A stretch of 54,205 nucleotides of DNA from a candidate division WOR-3 bacterium (GTDB lineage Bacteria > Hydrothermota > Tepidihabitantia > Tepidihabitantales > Tepidihabitantaceae), in the NCBI GenBank assembly GCA_965649205.1, contig CBFGJV010000003.1, forward strand, positions 53,187 through 107,391, read 5' to 3'. Shown in pieces: positions 9,478-19,452 of the stretch. A model generated the notes under the pieces. The model saw only the letters and a program-made list of their open reading frames with translations, had not been told where the DNA came from and did no database searches. The position numbers and the translations under genes are program-made. Numbering within the stretch: position 1 is the stretch's first letter; each line of letters starts with the position of its first letter.

Positions 9478-9535
9478 AAATTCTCCGCACATTATGTGCG
9501 ACCACGCAATCTGGAAAGCTCGATTTCCAACCATC

Positions 9536-9564
9536 TTGACCCGCATTGCTGTCGTAAGTATCCT
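9536..9564 (+). promoter_or_regulatory. sigma70-type promoter of the GH116 gene
   Basis: TTGACC-N17-TATCCT; SD GGAGG precedes TTG 9609. Confidence 0.5.
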
Positions 9565-9608
9565 CCCCATCCGTAACAGCAAATTTTCTCAACCTTTGGA
9601 GGTATAGC

Positions 9609-12140
9609 TTGTTGGACATGAATACTCCACGCCGCTACCTGTCTAAAACCCATCTCGACGCCCGGATGCCCTTGGGCGGTATCGGTACAGGCAACATTGA
9701 AATCGGCGCTGATGGCCGGCTAACAACTTGGCAATTGTTCAACACCCTGAAAGACGGTGAGGTCCCTTTCTACTTTCTATTGCAGGCTGGCAACGTTACC
9801 CGTCTGCTCCAGACGAACGAAGGTCCGGACTGGCCGCGTATAAAAGAAATCGAAATGACCGGCGAGTATCCTCTAGCCTTGCTCCGCTACAAAGACCAAG
9901 AGTTGCCAGTCGGATTGGAGCTGATTGCCTTCACGCCCTTTTCTCCTCTGGAAACCGACTTTTCTTCTCTACCCTTGGTCGCTTTCATCTTCCGCATTAC
10001 CAATCCTGGCCGACAACCTGTTAAAGCTTCTCTCGCCGCACTCACTACGAACCCGGTCGGATACGATGCAACCTTACCCCTGCAGCAGTCCAGTCTTCCC
10101 GGTGTCGGCGGTAACGTCAATGTGTTCTTCCGCCACGGCACTATCGCCGGAGTATTCCTTAAAGCCGAACCCAAAGATTATGCGGCCACTCGGGAGCCAG
10201 GTTTTGGCACACTCTGCCTGGCAACAACAGGACCCAATCCTTCAGCTCTCACCGCCTTCACCCATTGGGACGAAGCTTGGCAAATGTTCAAAGAAAAAGG
10301 AGAGTTCCTCCCTCAGCCCCCTGAATCCAACTCGCCAACTCCCGTAGGCGAAACTGTGAACTGTGCGCTGAGCTCTTCGGCACTCCTCCCTCCAGGCAGC
10401 TCGGTGGAAATACCATTTCTTCTTACCTGGCATTACCCGAACAAATACGCTTCCCGTTCCTGCAACGAACCTCCCCCTCCGGTTGAAACGCCGCGGATCT
10501 GGATAGGAAACTACTACACCCATCGCTGGTCCGATGCCCGCGCCGTAGTGCTGGAAACCGCCCCTCTTCTTTCCAAGCTATACGAAAAAACAGAACAATT
10601 TCGCTCCTGCTTCTATGACAGTACTCTTCCTTACTGGCTGCTTGACTGCCTCACTGCCAACAGCGCTACCATCCGGCACGTCGGGGTAGTATTCCGCATC
10701 TCCCGCGGGGACGTTTATGGCTGGGAAGGGTCCAATGGCTGCTGCACGCCCACCTGTACGCATGTCTGGGGTTACGAACAGACTCTTGCCCGCCTTTTCC
10801 CGGACTTGGAACGAGAAATGCGGCGGATTGAGTTCTTCTGCCAACAGCAGGAAGACGGTGGTATTCGCAATCGTATAGAGGTACCCACACCTGGCTATCC
10901 GACAGGTGAACAACCATTCGCGGACGGCCACGCCAGCTGCATACTCAAGGCCTACCGCGAAGCACTCAACTCCGCCGACGAAACATTCTTTCACCAGTAC
11001 TGGCCCAGAGTTTTACGAGCTGTCAACTACCTTATTGCCCGCGATGCTGCCTCCCATGGTCAACCTGCCGGATACCTGGAAGACGACCAGTGGAATACCT
11101 ATGACCAGACTTTGCATGGTGTAACTACCTTCATCAGTGGGTACTATCTGGCGGCTTTGCGCGCCGGAGAAGAATGGGCTCGGCGCGTAGGCGACTCCCC
11201 AACTGCCGACAGATTCCGTGCCATATTCCAGCAAGGACAGAAAAATCTAGTTAAGCTTTGCTGGAATGGTGAATACTTCCAACAGCATCTTCCCGATTAT
11301 CTGGAACGGGAAGGAGAGGTAGGGCCGGGTTGTATGTCAGATCAACTTCTTGGTCAGTGGTGGGCACACCAGATCGGTCTGGGCTATATACTACCTCAGG
11401 ATTTAGTCAAAACTGCTCTCCGCTCCATCTTTCGCTACAACTTCAAATCCGACCTAACCGGCTGGCCCCACGCTCCCCGTGCCTTTGCTGGAAATAAGGA
11501 TAAGGGACTTATTGTCTGCACCTGGCCCAAGGGAGGGCGACCAGCCAAAGTAATGTTGTACTCAGACGAAGTATGGACCGGTATTGAATACCAGGTAGCC
11601 GCTCACATGATTTATGAAGGACTTCTGGAAGAAGGCTTTACCTTGGTAAAAGCTGCGCGAGACCGTTATGACGGAATCCCTCGTCCTCCCATCACTCGTA
11701 ACCCTTGGAACGAACAGGAATGCGGCGGCCATTATGTTCGGGCCATGTCTTCCTGGTCTTTGCTTCTGGCTCTTTCCGGATTCGAATGCGATGGCCCGGC
11801 CGGCGTGTTACGCTTTAGTCCCCGCTATAGGCCACATGACTTTCGCTCCTTCTTCATCGGCCCCCAGGGCTGGGGCAGCTTCGCTCAGAAATTAGAGAAC
11901 GGAATACAGGAAGTTACTCTCACTGTAAAATCAGGCTCGCTGTTCATCAAAACTATTGATCTGGCTGTCGCCGGAGAAAAAACCTGCTTCAGCCCTGCAG
12001 TCACCATTGCCAACCTGCCCCTTCCTGTTCGCTTGATCACCTCCCCCGGTCGTGCTGTACTGGAATTGCCTCCCCATACGATTGTGCGAGCAGACCAGAC
12101 ACTAGAGATTAAGCTCATCCCTGACCGGAAACAGTCTTAG
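9609..12140 (+). CDS. Glycoside hydrolase family 116 (non-lysosomal glucosylceramidase/beta-glucosidase-like)
   Basis: Motifs PLGGIGTG, GEYP, GWEG...TCTHVWGY, WNTYD, WNGEYF, DQLLGQW, EVWTGIEY and ECGGHYVRAMSSW. Confidence 0.9.
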   Translation: MLDMNTPRRYLSKTHLDARMPLGGIGTGNIEIGADGRLTTWQLFNTLKDGEVPFYFLLQAGNVTRLLQTNEGPDWPRIKEIEMTGEYPLALLRYKDQELPVGLELIAFTPFSPLETDFSSLPLVAFIFRITNPGRQPVKASLAALTTNPVGYDATLPLQQSSLPGVGGNVNVFFRHGTIAGVFLKAEPKDYAATREPGFGTLCLATTGPNPSALTAFTHWDEAWQMFKEKGEFLPQPPESNSPTPVGETVNCALSSSALLPPGSSVEIPFLLTWHYPNKYASRSCNEPPPPVETPRIWIGNYYTHRWSDARAVVLETAPLLSKLYEKTEQFRSCFYDSTLPYWLLDCLTANSATIRHVGVVFRISRGDVYGWEGSNGCCTPTCTHVWGYEQTLARLFPDLEREMRRIEFFCQQQEDGGIRNRIEVPTPGYPTGEQPFADGHASCILKAYREALNSADETFFHQYWPRVLRAVNYLIARDAASHGQPAGYLEDDQWNTYDQTLHGVTTFISGYYLAALRAGEEWARRVGDSPTADRFRAIFQQGQKNLVKLCWNGEYFQQHLPDYLEREGEVGPGCMSDQLLGQWWAHQIGLGYILPQDLVKTALRSIFRYNFKSDLTGWPHAPRAFAGNKDKGLIVCTWPKGGRPAKVMLYSDEVWTGIEYQVAAHMIYEGLLEEGFTLVKAARDRYDGIPRPPITRNPWNEQECGGHYVRAMSSWSLLLALSGFECDGPAGVLRFSPRYRPHDFRSFFIGPQGWGSFAQKLENGIQEVTLTVKSGSLFIKTIDLAVAGEKTCFSPAVTIANLPLPVRLITSPGRAVLELPPHTIVRADQTLEIKLIPDRKQS

Positions 12141-12198
12141 GTCTGTAACTTTCGAGGCCAAGACTGGAATCCGACTAGCATCCACCGCAGGTAAGTAC

Positions 12199-12231
12199 AA
12201 AAACACGGCGGGCCCGAATTCGGACCCGCCG
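12199..12231 (-). terminator. Intrinsic terminator of the S8 protease gene
   Basis: Stem CGGCGGG/CCCGCCG (12206-12231), followed on the minus strand by TGTTTTT. Confidence 0.7.
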
Positions 12232-12250
12232 CATGAAAAAAAGCAGCCTG

Positions 12251-15151
12251 TCAGTAGGAGAAAACCGTCTTCTGCCAAATATCGCTATCGTTTGTAGTCA
12301 ACCGACAGAAATATATCCCTCGGGCTACCTGCCTGCCTTTCTGATCTGCTCCGTCCCAGAAAAAGATATCTCTGTCGTTCGTATGTCGGGCTTGAGCCAG
12401 AGTACGCACAAGACAACCCGCATTGTCGTAGATACGCAGAGTCACCGGCCCAGGCCGGACCAGCTCCACCTCAAAATGTGTTCCTGCATAAAACGGGTTA
12501 GGCTGAACTCGCAATACCGCATTATTCCGGTTTCGAGCCGCGGGCAAGGGAGCTTCTTCCATACCTACGGGTAGGTTGAAACCTGTCACCTTCAGAATGC
12601 GATTCACCCCGCCGGCCCCTTCTGTTATTCCCACCCAGTATGAAGCGTCACGCGGGTCATACTCGATAGCGCGTACGTTCCAGGCATTGTTGGCAAACTT
12701 GAAGCGGCGTATGACCGTCCCGGAGAACCTTTCCAGCTCATACATACAGGAACTATCTAGGGCAGTACCTGCAGTGTTATACCAGGTGTACACGTGTAGA
12801 AGAGAAGGCGGATCACTCGGATAGTTGGGGTCAGCAGCCAGCGACCGGGGTCCTAGATTGCCTCTAAGTGGCAGGTCCACCGCCCCTATCACATTACCAA
12901 GGCTGTCAAACATATAAAGATACTGAGGAAGTTGTCCACTCAACCTGCGGTCGGTTACGAATATGGTGTGTGTAGTATGGTCTTCGACTATACCGGTTGG
13001 ATACGTAGCCACGTTTACGGAAAAAGAACGCAACACAGAACCATCAGGTGTTATTTTGTACACTTTCTTGGATGCATTCGCTAAGAGCCAGAACGTATTG
13101 TCATACGCACAGTAGTGCAGGTCAGTACACGAATCTTCTGGCCCGGTAATTGTTCCCCTAGGCGTCAACAGACTGTCAGCCGAATACTTGTATATGGTGG
13201 CAGTATTGTAATGCACACAGTAGATGTTATTGTCCGTAGTATTGTAAGCCAGTCCCTCCAGTCCGGCCTGCGCAGGCATCCCGGAAGCCCCTTTAGGTCC
13301 CCATATCGGGGTCCCAGGAGGTGTGGGTGGCAGACCGACTGTTAAAGATATGGGAAATGCATTCTCATAGTCCGCACTGTCACCGGTTACAAAAAGAGAA
13401 CAAAGCACTACAGTGCCGGGAACAATACCCCGTTCAGCATATACTGCGAAACGGTCTGTGTAGTTCGTGTCGCTGGCATTGGGAGGAATATCTCCCCAAG
13501 TCCCGATGGAATCTGTTACTACCAGACGTGTGTCTGACGAACGGAGTCTACCCGCGGTATTAGCGCAGCGTGCGCCGCCGGTATTGCGCAACACCATCTG
13601 CAGCATCGCTGACTCTCCCGGATCAACCCGGCCATTGTTGTTGCCGCCCGGCGGCGTATCAATCACCATAATCGAGGAGAGACTCAGTGCAGGACCACCA
13701 GAACCGGTAATATAGTTAACCGCGGCCAAAGCATCAATCCGACCTGCGCCAAAGTCATTGTCCTTACCTGCCGGCCCCAAGTCCACTGCTGTCATCTCCA
13801 GAATCGAGTCAACCGCCGCCGGACTGAGATTACGATTTTTGGACAGCATCAGGCACACCACACCGGCAACATGCGGAGTGGCCATAGAGGTCCCGGACAT
13901 TGTGGTATATCCCCCCGCGCGCGCACAAGATTTTACATTGACGCCCGGAGCCGACATATCCGGCCTAGTCAGACCAGGAGGATAAACATAATCATTGAAG
14001 GGCGCAACGGAACCCCAAGTCACGGGTCCGCGGCTAGAAAAACTGGCAATAGCATCATTTGCGTCTGTAGCGCCGATAGACATCACACCTGAAAGCGCAC
14101 CGGTGCCGCTATTCTGCGGATTCCGCCAAGGTGGCGGCACATTACCTGGACAACGGCAGGAATTAGGTGGTGATATGCTTCGCTCATTGCCCGCAGCAAT
14201 AACCTGAATTACCCCTGCGGCGTTTACGTTATTGGCGGTAGTACGCCACGCCGCCTGTTTGGGATTCCAGGCAATCTGCCAGCCAAGCGACATCGTATAC
14301 AAGTCTGCTCCGTTGGCAGGAGAAAGAGGCGGCGATACGCAGAACTGCATCGCCTGCCAGCATTGCGACTCTGCCACAGAGTCGGCCACCGTGCGCACGC
14401 GGCAGACCATTATCTGGGCATCCGGTGCCACACCCGCCTGTGTTCCAGCTGTGCCGTCTGATGCCACCGTTCCAGCTGTATGAGTGCCATGTCCGTGGTC
14501 GTCTTTGGGGTCATTATTGTTATTCTCGAAGTTCCAGCCGTACTTGGGATAATTCGGATCCGTCCACATATGGTCAGCCAGGTCCGGGTGAGCATAGTTA
14601 CAACCCGTATCAATGTGACCGCATACAATTCCCTGACCAGTATAGCCCAGAGCCCAAACCTCTGGCGCCCTTACTTTAGCCACCCCCCAAGCAATTTCAT
14701 CTTCCCCGTCCTCATTCGGCTGCTCCGGTTCCAAAAGGTCGGGAGAGTATTGCAGGTCATAATCCACATACTCTACTTCCGCCCGCTGACTGACTGCCCT
14801 GATTACTTCAGGTGTAGCTTCGCAGTACATGGCATTTATGATCCAGAGTGGCGTTACGTTGGCTACACTGCCAAGCGCCTCTTGCTGGCGCAAGTATTTC
14901 AGAAGACCAGCCTGTTTTCTAGAAGAAAAGTCTTGCAGTATGCGGGCCACCGCCATTCGGCGCTGCGGCTTAGGCATACCGTCCACCAATCGATTCAGAT
15001 ATTCGGCATCAAACTGTTCCTTGAGCACGATGTTCACCATCAGCCGCTGACCGGCAGTGGCTGAACGCATATGCTCCTCCAGCTGCGGACTAATGAGACC
15101 GTAACTCAGGCTGCAGACCACAGCAGCCAGCACAAGACCAAACCGACTCAC
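12251..15151 (-). CDS. Secreted S8 (subtilisin-like) serine protease with propeptide, Ig-like and beta-propeller regions and a CTD/FlgD-Ig-like C-terminus
   Basis: Catalytic motifs IDTG, HGHGTHTAG and SGTSMATPHVAG; signal peptide; QPNPF...IYDNAG...WDG...GIYFCRL. GTG 15151 follows SD AGGAGG. Confidence 0.92.
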   Translation of the reverse strand: MSRFGLVLAAVVCSLSYGLISPQLEEHMRSATAGQRLMVNIVLKEQFDAEYLNRLVDGMPKPQRRMAVARILQDFSSRKQAGLLKYLRQQEALGSVANVTPLWIINAMYCEATPEVIRAVSQRAEVEYVDYDLQYSPDLLEPEQPNEDGEDEIAWGVAKVRAPEVWALGYTGQGIVCGHIDTGCNYAHPDLADHMWTDPNYPKYGWNFENNNNDPKDDHGHGTHTAGTVASDGTAGTQAGVAPDAQIMVCRVRTVADSVAESQCWQAMQFCVSPPLSPANGADLYTMSLGWQIAWNPKQAAWRTTANNVNAAGVIQVIAAGNERSISPPNSCRCPGNVPPPWRNPQNSGTGALSGVMSIGATDANDAIASFSSRGPVTWGSVAPFNDYVYPPGLTRPDMSAPGVNVKSCARAGGYTTMSGTSMATPHVAGVVCLMLSKNRNLSPAAVDSILEMTAVDLGPAGKDNDFGAGRIDALAAVNYITGSGGPALSLSSIMVIDTPPGGNNNGRVDPGESAMLQMVLRNTGGARCANTAGRLRSSDTRLVVTDSIGTWGDIPPNASDTNYTDRFAVYAERGIVPGTVVLCSLFVTGDSADYENAFPISLTVGLPPTPPGTPIWGPKGASGMPAQAGLEGLAYNTTDNNIYCVHYNTATIYKYSADSLLTPRGTITGPEDSCTDLHYCAYDNTFWLLANASKKVYKITPDGSVLRSFSVNVATYPTGIVEDHTTHTIFVTDRRLSGQLPQYLYMFDSLGNVIGAVDLPLRGNLGPRSLAADPNYPSDPPSLLHVYTWYNTAGTALDSSCMYELERFSGTVIRRFKFANNAWNVRAIEYDPRDASYWVGITEGAGGVNRILKVTGFNLPVGMEEAPLPAARNRNNAVLRVQPNPFYAGTHFEVELVRPGPVTLRIYDNAGCLVRTLAQARHTNDRDIFFWDGADQKGRQVARGIYFCRLTTNDSDIWQKTVFSY

Positions 15152-15227
15152 GCACACCTCCTCAAGATTGGCTGTACATTACTCACTTTGTCTAGTGGCG
15201 AACTCACATTAGACATCTCTTTACACT

Positions 15228-15255
15228 ATTGTAGTCCCCCAAGTCGCTCCGTCAA
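15228..15255 (-). promoter_or_regulatory. sigma70-type promoter of the S8 protease gene
   Basis: TTGACG-N16-TACAAT. Confidence 0.55.
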
Positions 15256-15583
15256 CCTGACAATTTTCCTCAGAGGAACATCTGGGCACATTGTGTTCTC
15301 TGCCTAATACCTGCGTCTGTTTCATAACTCGTCAAGGTCGCGCAAAGACAACAGAAGAACGCCTTAGTCTAACGACCCGTAACCTCGGTCCGTGTCTCAC
15401 GCAGACTACAGAAGCTACCCCTCAACTTCATATCCCATCTGGCCCTGTCGCCACCGACAGCCCATAGCCGGTCCGCATCACCAAGACCAGAATCCACCCT
15501 CTCCAGTAATGGTCTGCCCCCTCCTCTCCCCACCTTCGTAAACAACATAGAGTAGTAATAAATCGCAAAAACAACAATACCCA

Positions 15584-15603
15584 ATAATACTCGTGAGTAT
15601 TAT
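15584..15603. promoter_or_regulatory. Perfect inverted repeat (candidate operator)
   Basis: ATAATACTC-GT-GAGTATTAT in the divergent intergenic region. Confidence 0.4.
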
Positions 15604-15991
15604 CCACTACCTATGTGATTCCTGACCTAACCCTTTCCTGTACAGATAGTTATACTGTTTCCTCCTACCACCCCCTCCCCAGCTCCCCCAGCCGTTCCCC
15701 GGACCGCCTGGCCACAGGCCCGGCAAATTCCTGTCTAAGCGCCTCCCGAGGCCCTTTACCTCTGGGCTCAGTCTGCCATCCCTAATACTTCCCGCCCTGC
15801 TATCCACCCAAGTCTCTCAACAGTTCCTGCCCTGACCACTTGGCAGCAATCCCGCTCTCCTGCTTGCGAGGTCAGTAGCCGCCTGCTCAACCAGTATCCT
15901 TCCCGCTTGCATCTGGCTGCAACTGCGCAAATCTCCCAGATAACCGCCCCGTAACTCCTTCGAGTGGTTTCACACTAACTTAGCTTGTTGC

Positions 15992-16020
15992 TTGACATCA
16001 AGACATTGGTCTTGTATCTA
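15992..16020 (+). promoter_or_regulatory. Promoter of the XRE gene with an inverted repeat in the spacer
   Basis: TTGACA-N17-TATCTA; the spacer contains CAAGAC-ATTG-GTCTTG. Confidence 0.5.
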
Positions 16021-16035
16021 TCTAGTTCAAAGTAG

Positions 16036-16914
16036 ATGCGCTCTATGGGCAGAAAACGTCACGAAAAGTTAGCGGGCTTGGTTGAGCTGGGAAACAGGCT
16101 AAAAGAACTGCGTCAGCGGGCCGGACTCTCGCAGATGCAGATTGCTGCCAGAATGGGTTTTACTTCCACGCACGGTTACAAGTACATATTTCGCCTAGAA
16201 AAAGGGTTAGTTCCTAACCCCACTTTACGCACAATTGCTTTTTACCTGCATGGCTGTTCTGCTACCTGGCAAGACGTTGTAGATGTCCTACCCGGAAACA
16301 TTCCTGTACCTCACGAGAAAAAATCTGAAAAGCAACAACCTGTCAGTGAGCCAAAGTCTGTCCCGCCCAGAACCGAAGACAGACGACCGCTACGCCTGAA
16401 AATTGATTTTTCTGAGAATACAGGGCAACGCCTTGTAGATGCCCCACACAAGAGATTCCCCGTGCCCCCTGAGAAACAATCTGAAAAACAGCAACCTCTC
16501 GGTAAGACAGAGTCTGTCCCGCCCAAAACCGAAGACAGACGACCGCTACGCCTGAAGATTGGGGCCGAGCTGCTTTCTCGCAGGAAAGCTCATAACCAGC
16601 AGTTCTGGACCAAATTCGAACAAACAGAAAGCGAAGCTGCAGCTCTGCTTTCGGGACGGGGCATCAATGCTAATCTGCAGCGGCGCTATTTTGCTTTTCT
16701 CAGGTCGTGCTGTCTTACGATTGACGCCTACGCCAATTCCAGACCAAAACTCATAGAGCAGGAACTGGAGAAAATCAGCAAATCTGCCATTGTAGCGGGA
16801 TTAGATGGCAACGTATTGTCCGACCTGAAAAAACTTTGTCTCAGGAAACATATATCCAGACGGGGGTATCGGTGCCTGATGTCTTTCACTCTGAGAAGAA
16901 TAGAACTTGGCTGA
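16036..16914 (+). CDS. XRE-family helix-turn-helix protein with a duplicated linker and a helical C-terminal domain
   Basis: GNRLKELRQRAGLSQMQIAARMG...IFRLEKGLVPNPTLRTI. Confidence 0.8.
   Translation: MRSMGRKRHEKLAGLVELGNRLKELRQRAGLSQMQIAARMGFTSTHGYKYIFRLEKGLVPNPTLRTIAFYLHGCSATWQDVVDVLPGNIPVPHEKKSEKQQPVSEPKSVPPRTEDRRPLRLKIDFSENTGQRLVDAPHKRFPVPPEKQSEKQQPLGKTESVPPKTEDRRPLRLKIGAELLSRRKAHNQQFWTKFEQTESEAAALLSGRGINANLQRRYFAFLRSCCLTIDAYANSRPKLIEQELEKISKSAIVAGLDGNVLSDLKKLCLRKHISRRGYRCLMSFTLRRIELG
16303..16561 (+). repeat. In-frame direct repeat (two copies of about 103 bp, 156-bp period) inside the XRE gene
   Basis: 16303-16405 versus 16459-16561; both encode PVPxEKxSEKQQP...SVPPxTEDRRPLRLKI. Confidence 0.9.
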
Positions 16915-16996
16915 GGCTTTAAACACAAGACAACTCCATGGGCAAGGAGGAAAGTTCTGATCTGAACCTTACGGCCCGCTGACAGAACTTTTAGAA

Positions 16997-18211
16997 ATGG
17001 CTTATCTCCCCCGTACCTTCGCCGCTCTCACCTACCGTAACTACCGGCTTTACTGGTTTGGTAACCTGTTTTCGCTCATTGGCACGTGGATACAGAGCAT
17101 TGCCACCGGCTGGCTCGTACTCCAACTTTCCAACTCCGCCTTTTTTGTCGGACTGAACGCCACGCTGGCTTGGCTGCCGGCGTGGTTCATGTCCTTACCG
17201 GGAGGGGTCCTTGCCGACCACTTCAATAAACGCAACCTCATGATCATAACCCAGTCGCTTCTGGCTTTGTTTGCTCTCTTGCTCGCGATTCTCACTTGGA
17301 CCGGAACCATAACTATCTACCACATGCTTATCATCTCCTGCCTGTCCGGCTTTGTAGCCACGCTCAATGCCCCTATAGTACAATCAATGATTCCTGAACT
17401 CGTAGACCGTAAGGAAGTGCTGAATGCGGTAGCGCTGAACTCCACCAGCTTCAATACGGCCCGCATCATCGGGCCTTCCATTGCCGGGGTACTTCTCACT
17501 ACGGTAGGCGCAGGTGCGTGTTTCGCTATCAACTCAGCCAGTTTTCTAGCTGTTATCGTCCCGCTTTTCTTTGTCCAGTTGAATTCGCCTCGCAAGACTG
17601 TGCGAGTGGAAACAATTTGGCAAAGTGTTCGCGAGGGCCTGAAATTTACCCTCACCCATCCCGACATCCGCATCCTCGTATTTATGGTGGCGGTATTCAG
17701 TTCCTTCGGCATCATCTACCTGCCTCTGATGCCCGTGTTTGCCAGGGATGTGTTCTTGGCCGGCCCCAAAGGCTACGGCGTGCTTATGACGGCCATAGGA
17801 ATAGGAGCAGTAACCGGAGGGTTAACGATTGCCACACTCAGCCGTACCAGACGCAGAGGTTGGATCCTCACTGCTGGCACTATTCTTCTCGCGTTTCTCA
17901 CCATCGTTTTCTCCTTTGTCCGCACTCTACATCTGGCTACGGCTATACTGGTACTTATCGGTTTCTGCCAAACTACTGTGGCATCATTGTCCAATACTCT
18001 GATTCAGACCTTGACGCCGGACGACGTACGCGGGCGGGTAATGAGTTTCTTTGCGCTCGCCTTCAACGGTATGTTTCCTGTGGGAAGTTTCGTCGGGGGG
18101 GCGATAGCCCAGAAATACGGTGCCCCTGCAGCTACTCTTCTGGGCGGGTGCGTCGTGTTTGTCTGTCTGGTACTGGTTTCAGTGCTGCGACCGCAGATAC
18201 AGAAACTGTGA
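16997..18211 (+). CDS. MFS transporter (DUF894/EntS-like)
   Basis: About 12 hydrophobic segments; motifs YRNYRLYWFG, GGVLADHFNKR, NTARIIGPSIAG and DDVRGRVMS. Confidence 0.92.
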   Translation: MAYLPRTFAALTYRNYRLYWFGNLFSLIGTWIQSIATGWLVLQLSNSAFFVGLNATLAWLPAWFMSLPGGVLADHFNKRNLMIITQSLLALFALLLAILTWTGTITIYHMLIISCLSGFVATLNAPIVQSMIPELVDRKEVLNAVALNSTSFNTARIIGPSIAGVLLTTVGAGACFAINSASFLAVIVPLFFVQLNSPRKTVRVETIWQSVREGLKFTLTHPDIRILVFMVAVFSSFGIIYLPLMPVFARDVFLAGPKGYGVLMTAIGIGAVTGGLTIATLSRTRRRGWILTAGTILLAFLTIVFSFVRTLHLATAILVLIGFCQTTVASLSNTLIQTLTPDDVRGRVMSFFALAFNGMFPVGSFVGGAIAQKYGAPAATLLGGCVVFVCLVLVSVLRPQIQKL

Positions 18212-18258
18212 GAAAAAGAGCCCGAGGGCGGTTTCGGATTCTGTATCTCTTACCCGTA

Positions 18259-18287
18259 CGTTAGCTGCTCCAACCTGCCAGCTAACG
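18259..18287. terminator. Stem-loop between convergent genes (possible terminator)
   Basis: CGTTAGCTG-N11-CAGCTAACG; no clear U tract downstream on either strand. Confidence 0.35.
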
Positions 18288-18301
18288 AAAACAAATTCCT
18301 T

Positions 18302-19153
18302 TTATTTGAGACCGCTTATTTCATAGCCGTACCATATACCTGTCGCACGATCTGTGCCACCGTCTGCGTCTTCTGCCACCCACAGCATTCCATTTGCCCA
18401 AGTCAGAGAAAAACCAAATCCTTCGACAGGTAAGGAAAATTCAGTGACGTATTTGCCGTCAAGGTCATATACCAGAATCCTGTTGGCATTGGGAATTGTC
18501 TGTTCCTCGCCATCCTCGTCCGTATAGGTCTCGTCTGGCGCCCAGACGAATAGGTACTTATCCGAAGCAGCAATGGCTCTACTGAAGCCTTCGGTGTTGT
18601 TTTCGTTATACCGCTCAAGAAACAGAGAGCTTTTTCTCTTTCCACTTTCCACATCGTACACATGCACCGTACCATCGTATAACTCGTATAGTTTTCTCCC
18701 GTCCGGAGACATAGCGGGGTGGGACTGATCTTCGATAAAGATATCGTCGTGCTTGTTCTCTACCTCTTCTGTACGAAGGTTTACGTATTGCAGGGAAGTA
18801 CCGTAGGGCTTTACCAGAAGTTTCTTTTCTAACGGGCTGTAGAATATGGCCCGACCATCAACCTGCAGGTCAAACCTGTCAACCAGCTTACCTTTTCTGT
18901 CATACTTGTTCAGATCGGAATAGTCGGAATTGCCTCCATTGATGGTATAGTAGTACTGACCGTCGAATGCAATACCCATGTTGTGAAAACGCACTTCATC
19001 AAACAGCTTCATCTTCAGTCGTACTTGCACGTTTCCAGACTGGTATGTACTCCCTGGATAGGCTGTGCTGCGACAAGTCGCTCGACTGAAAAAAAACAAA
19101 GCCATAGCAGCCAGACTCACCCGAACGAGACATTTTGTCTTCAGTTTCATCAT
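18302..19153 (-). CDS. Exported hypothetical protein, probable beta-propeller
   Basis: ATG 19153 (or 19150) after SD GGAGG; N-terminal signal; motifs GIAFDGQYYY, MSPDGRKLY, YDLDGKYV and LTWANGMLWVA. Confidence 0.75.
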   Translation of the reverse strand: MMKLKTKCLVRVSLAAMALFFFSRATCRSTAYPGSTYQSGNVQVRLKMKLFDEVRFHNMGIAFDGQYYYTINGGNSDYSDLNKYDRKGKLVDRFDLQVDGRAIFYSPLEKKLLVKPYGTSLQYVNLRTEEVENKHDDIFIEDQSHPAMSPDGRKLYELYDGTVHVYDVESGKRKSSLFLERYNENNTEGFSRAIAASDKYLFVWAPDETYTDEDGEEQTIPNANRILVYDLDGKYVTEFSLPVEGFGFSLTWANGMLWVAEDADGGTDRATGIWYGYEISGLK

Positions 19154-19343
19154 TATACCTCCAAAGATTACATTGTATTGTAAATGCCCGTTTTGGCGCT
19201 TGTCAAATTCGGAAGAACCTGCCTCACGGTCTCTGCCTCGCTCAATCTTCTGACACAAGACTTCTCACCGAAACCACCCATTCTTTCTCGCTTTCACAGT
19301 ACGTACTTATTTACAGAAAGTTTTGCGTTGCGGTCAAATCACC

Positions 19344-19372
19344 TTGACATTATTGAACTAATCCTGTAAATT
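19344..19372 (+). promoter_or_regulatory. sigma70-type promoter of the pal-cpoB-tolQRA cluster
   Basis: TTGACA-N17-TAAATT. Confidence 0.6.
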
Positions 19373-19452
19373 AGGCCAAGCTGACGAGGACGTGTGTCTA
19401 AAAAGCAGAAGGTCGTGAACAAAACAAGCCTTTCAACCAAGGAGGAATGCAA

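Noticed and set aside
17518..18264. 248-aa alternative-frame ORF inside the MFS gene
   Set aside because: No recognisable motifs; it is a shadow of the real MFS frame.
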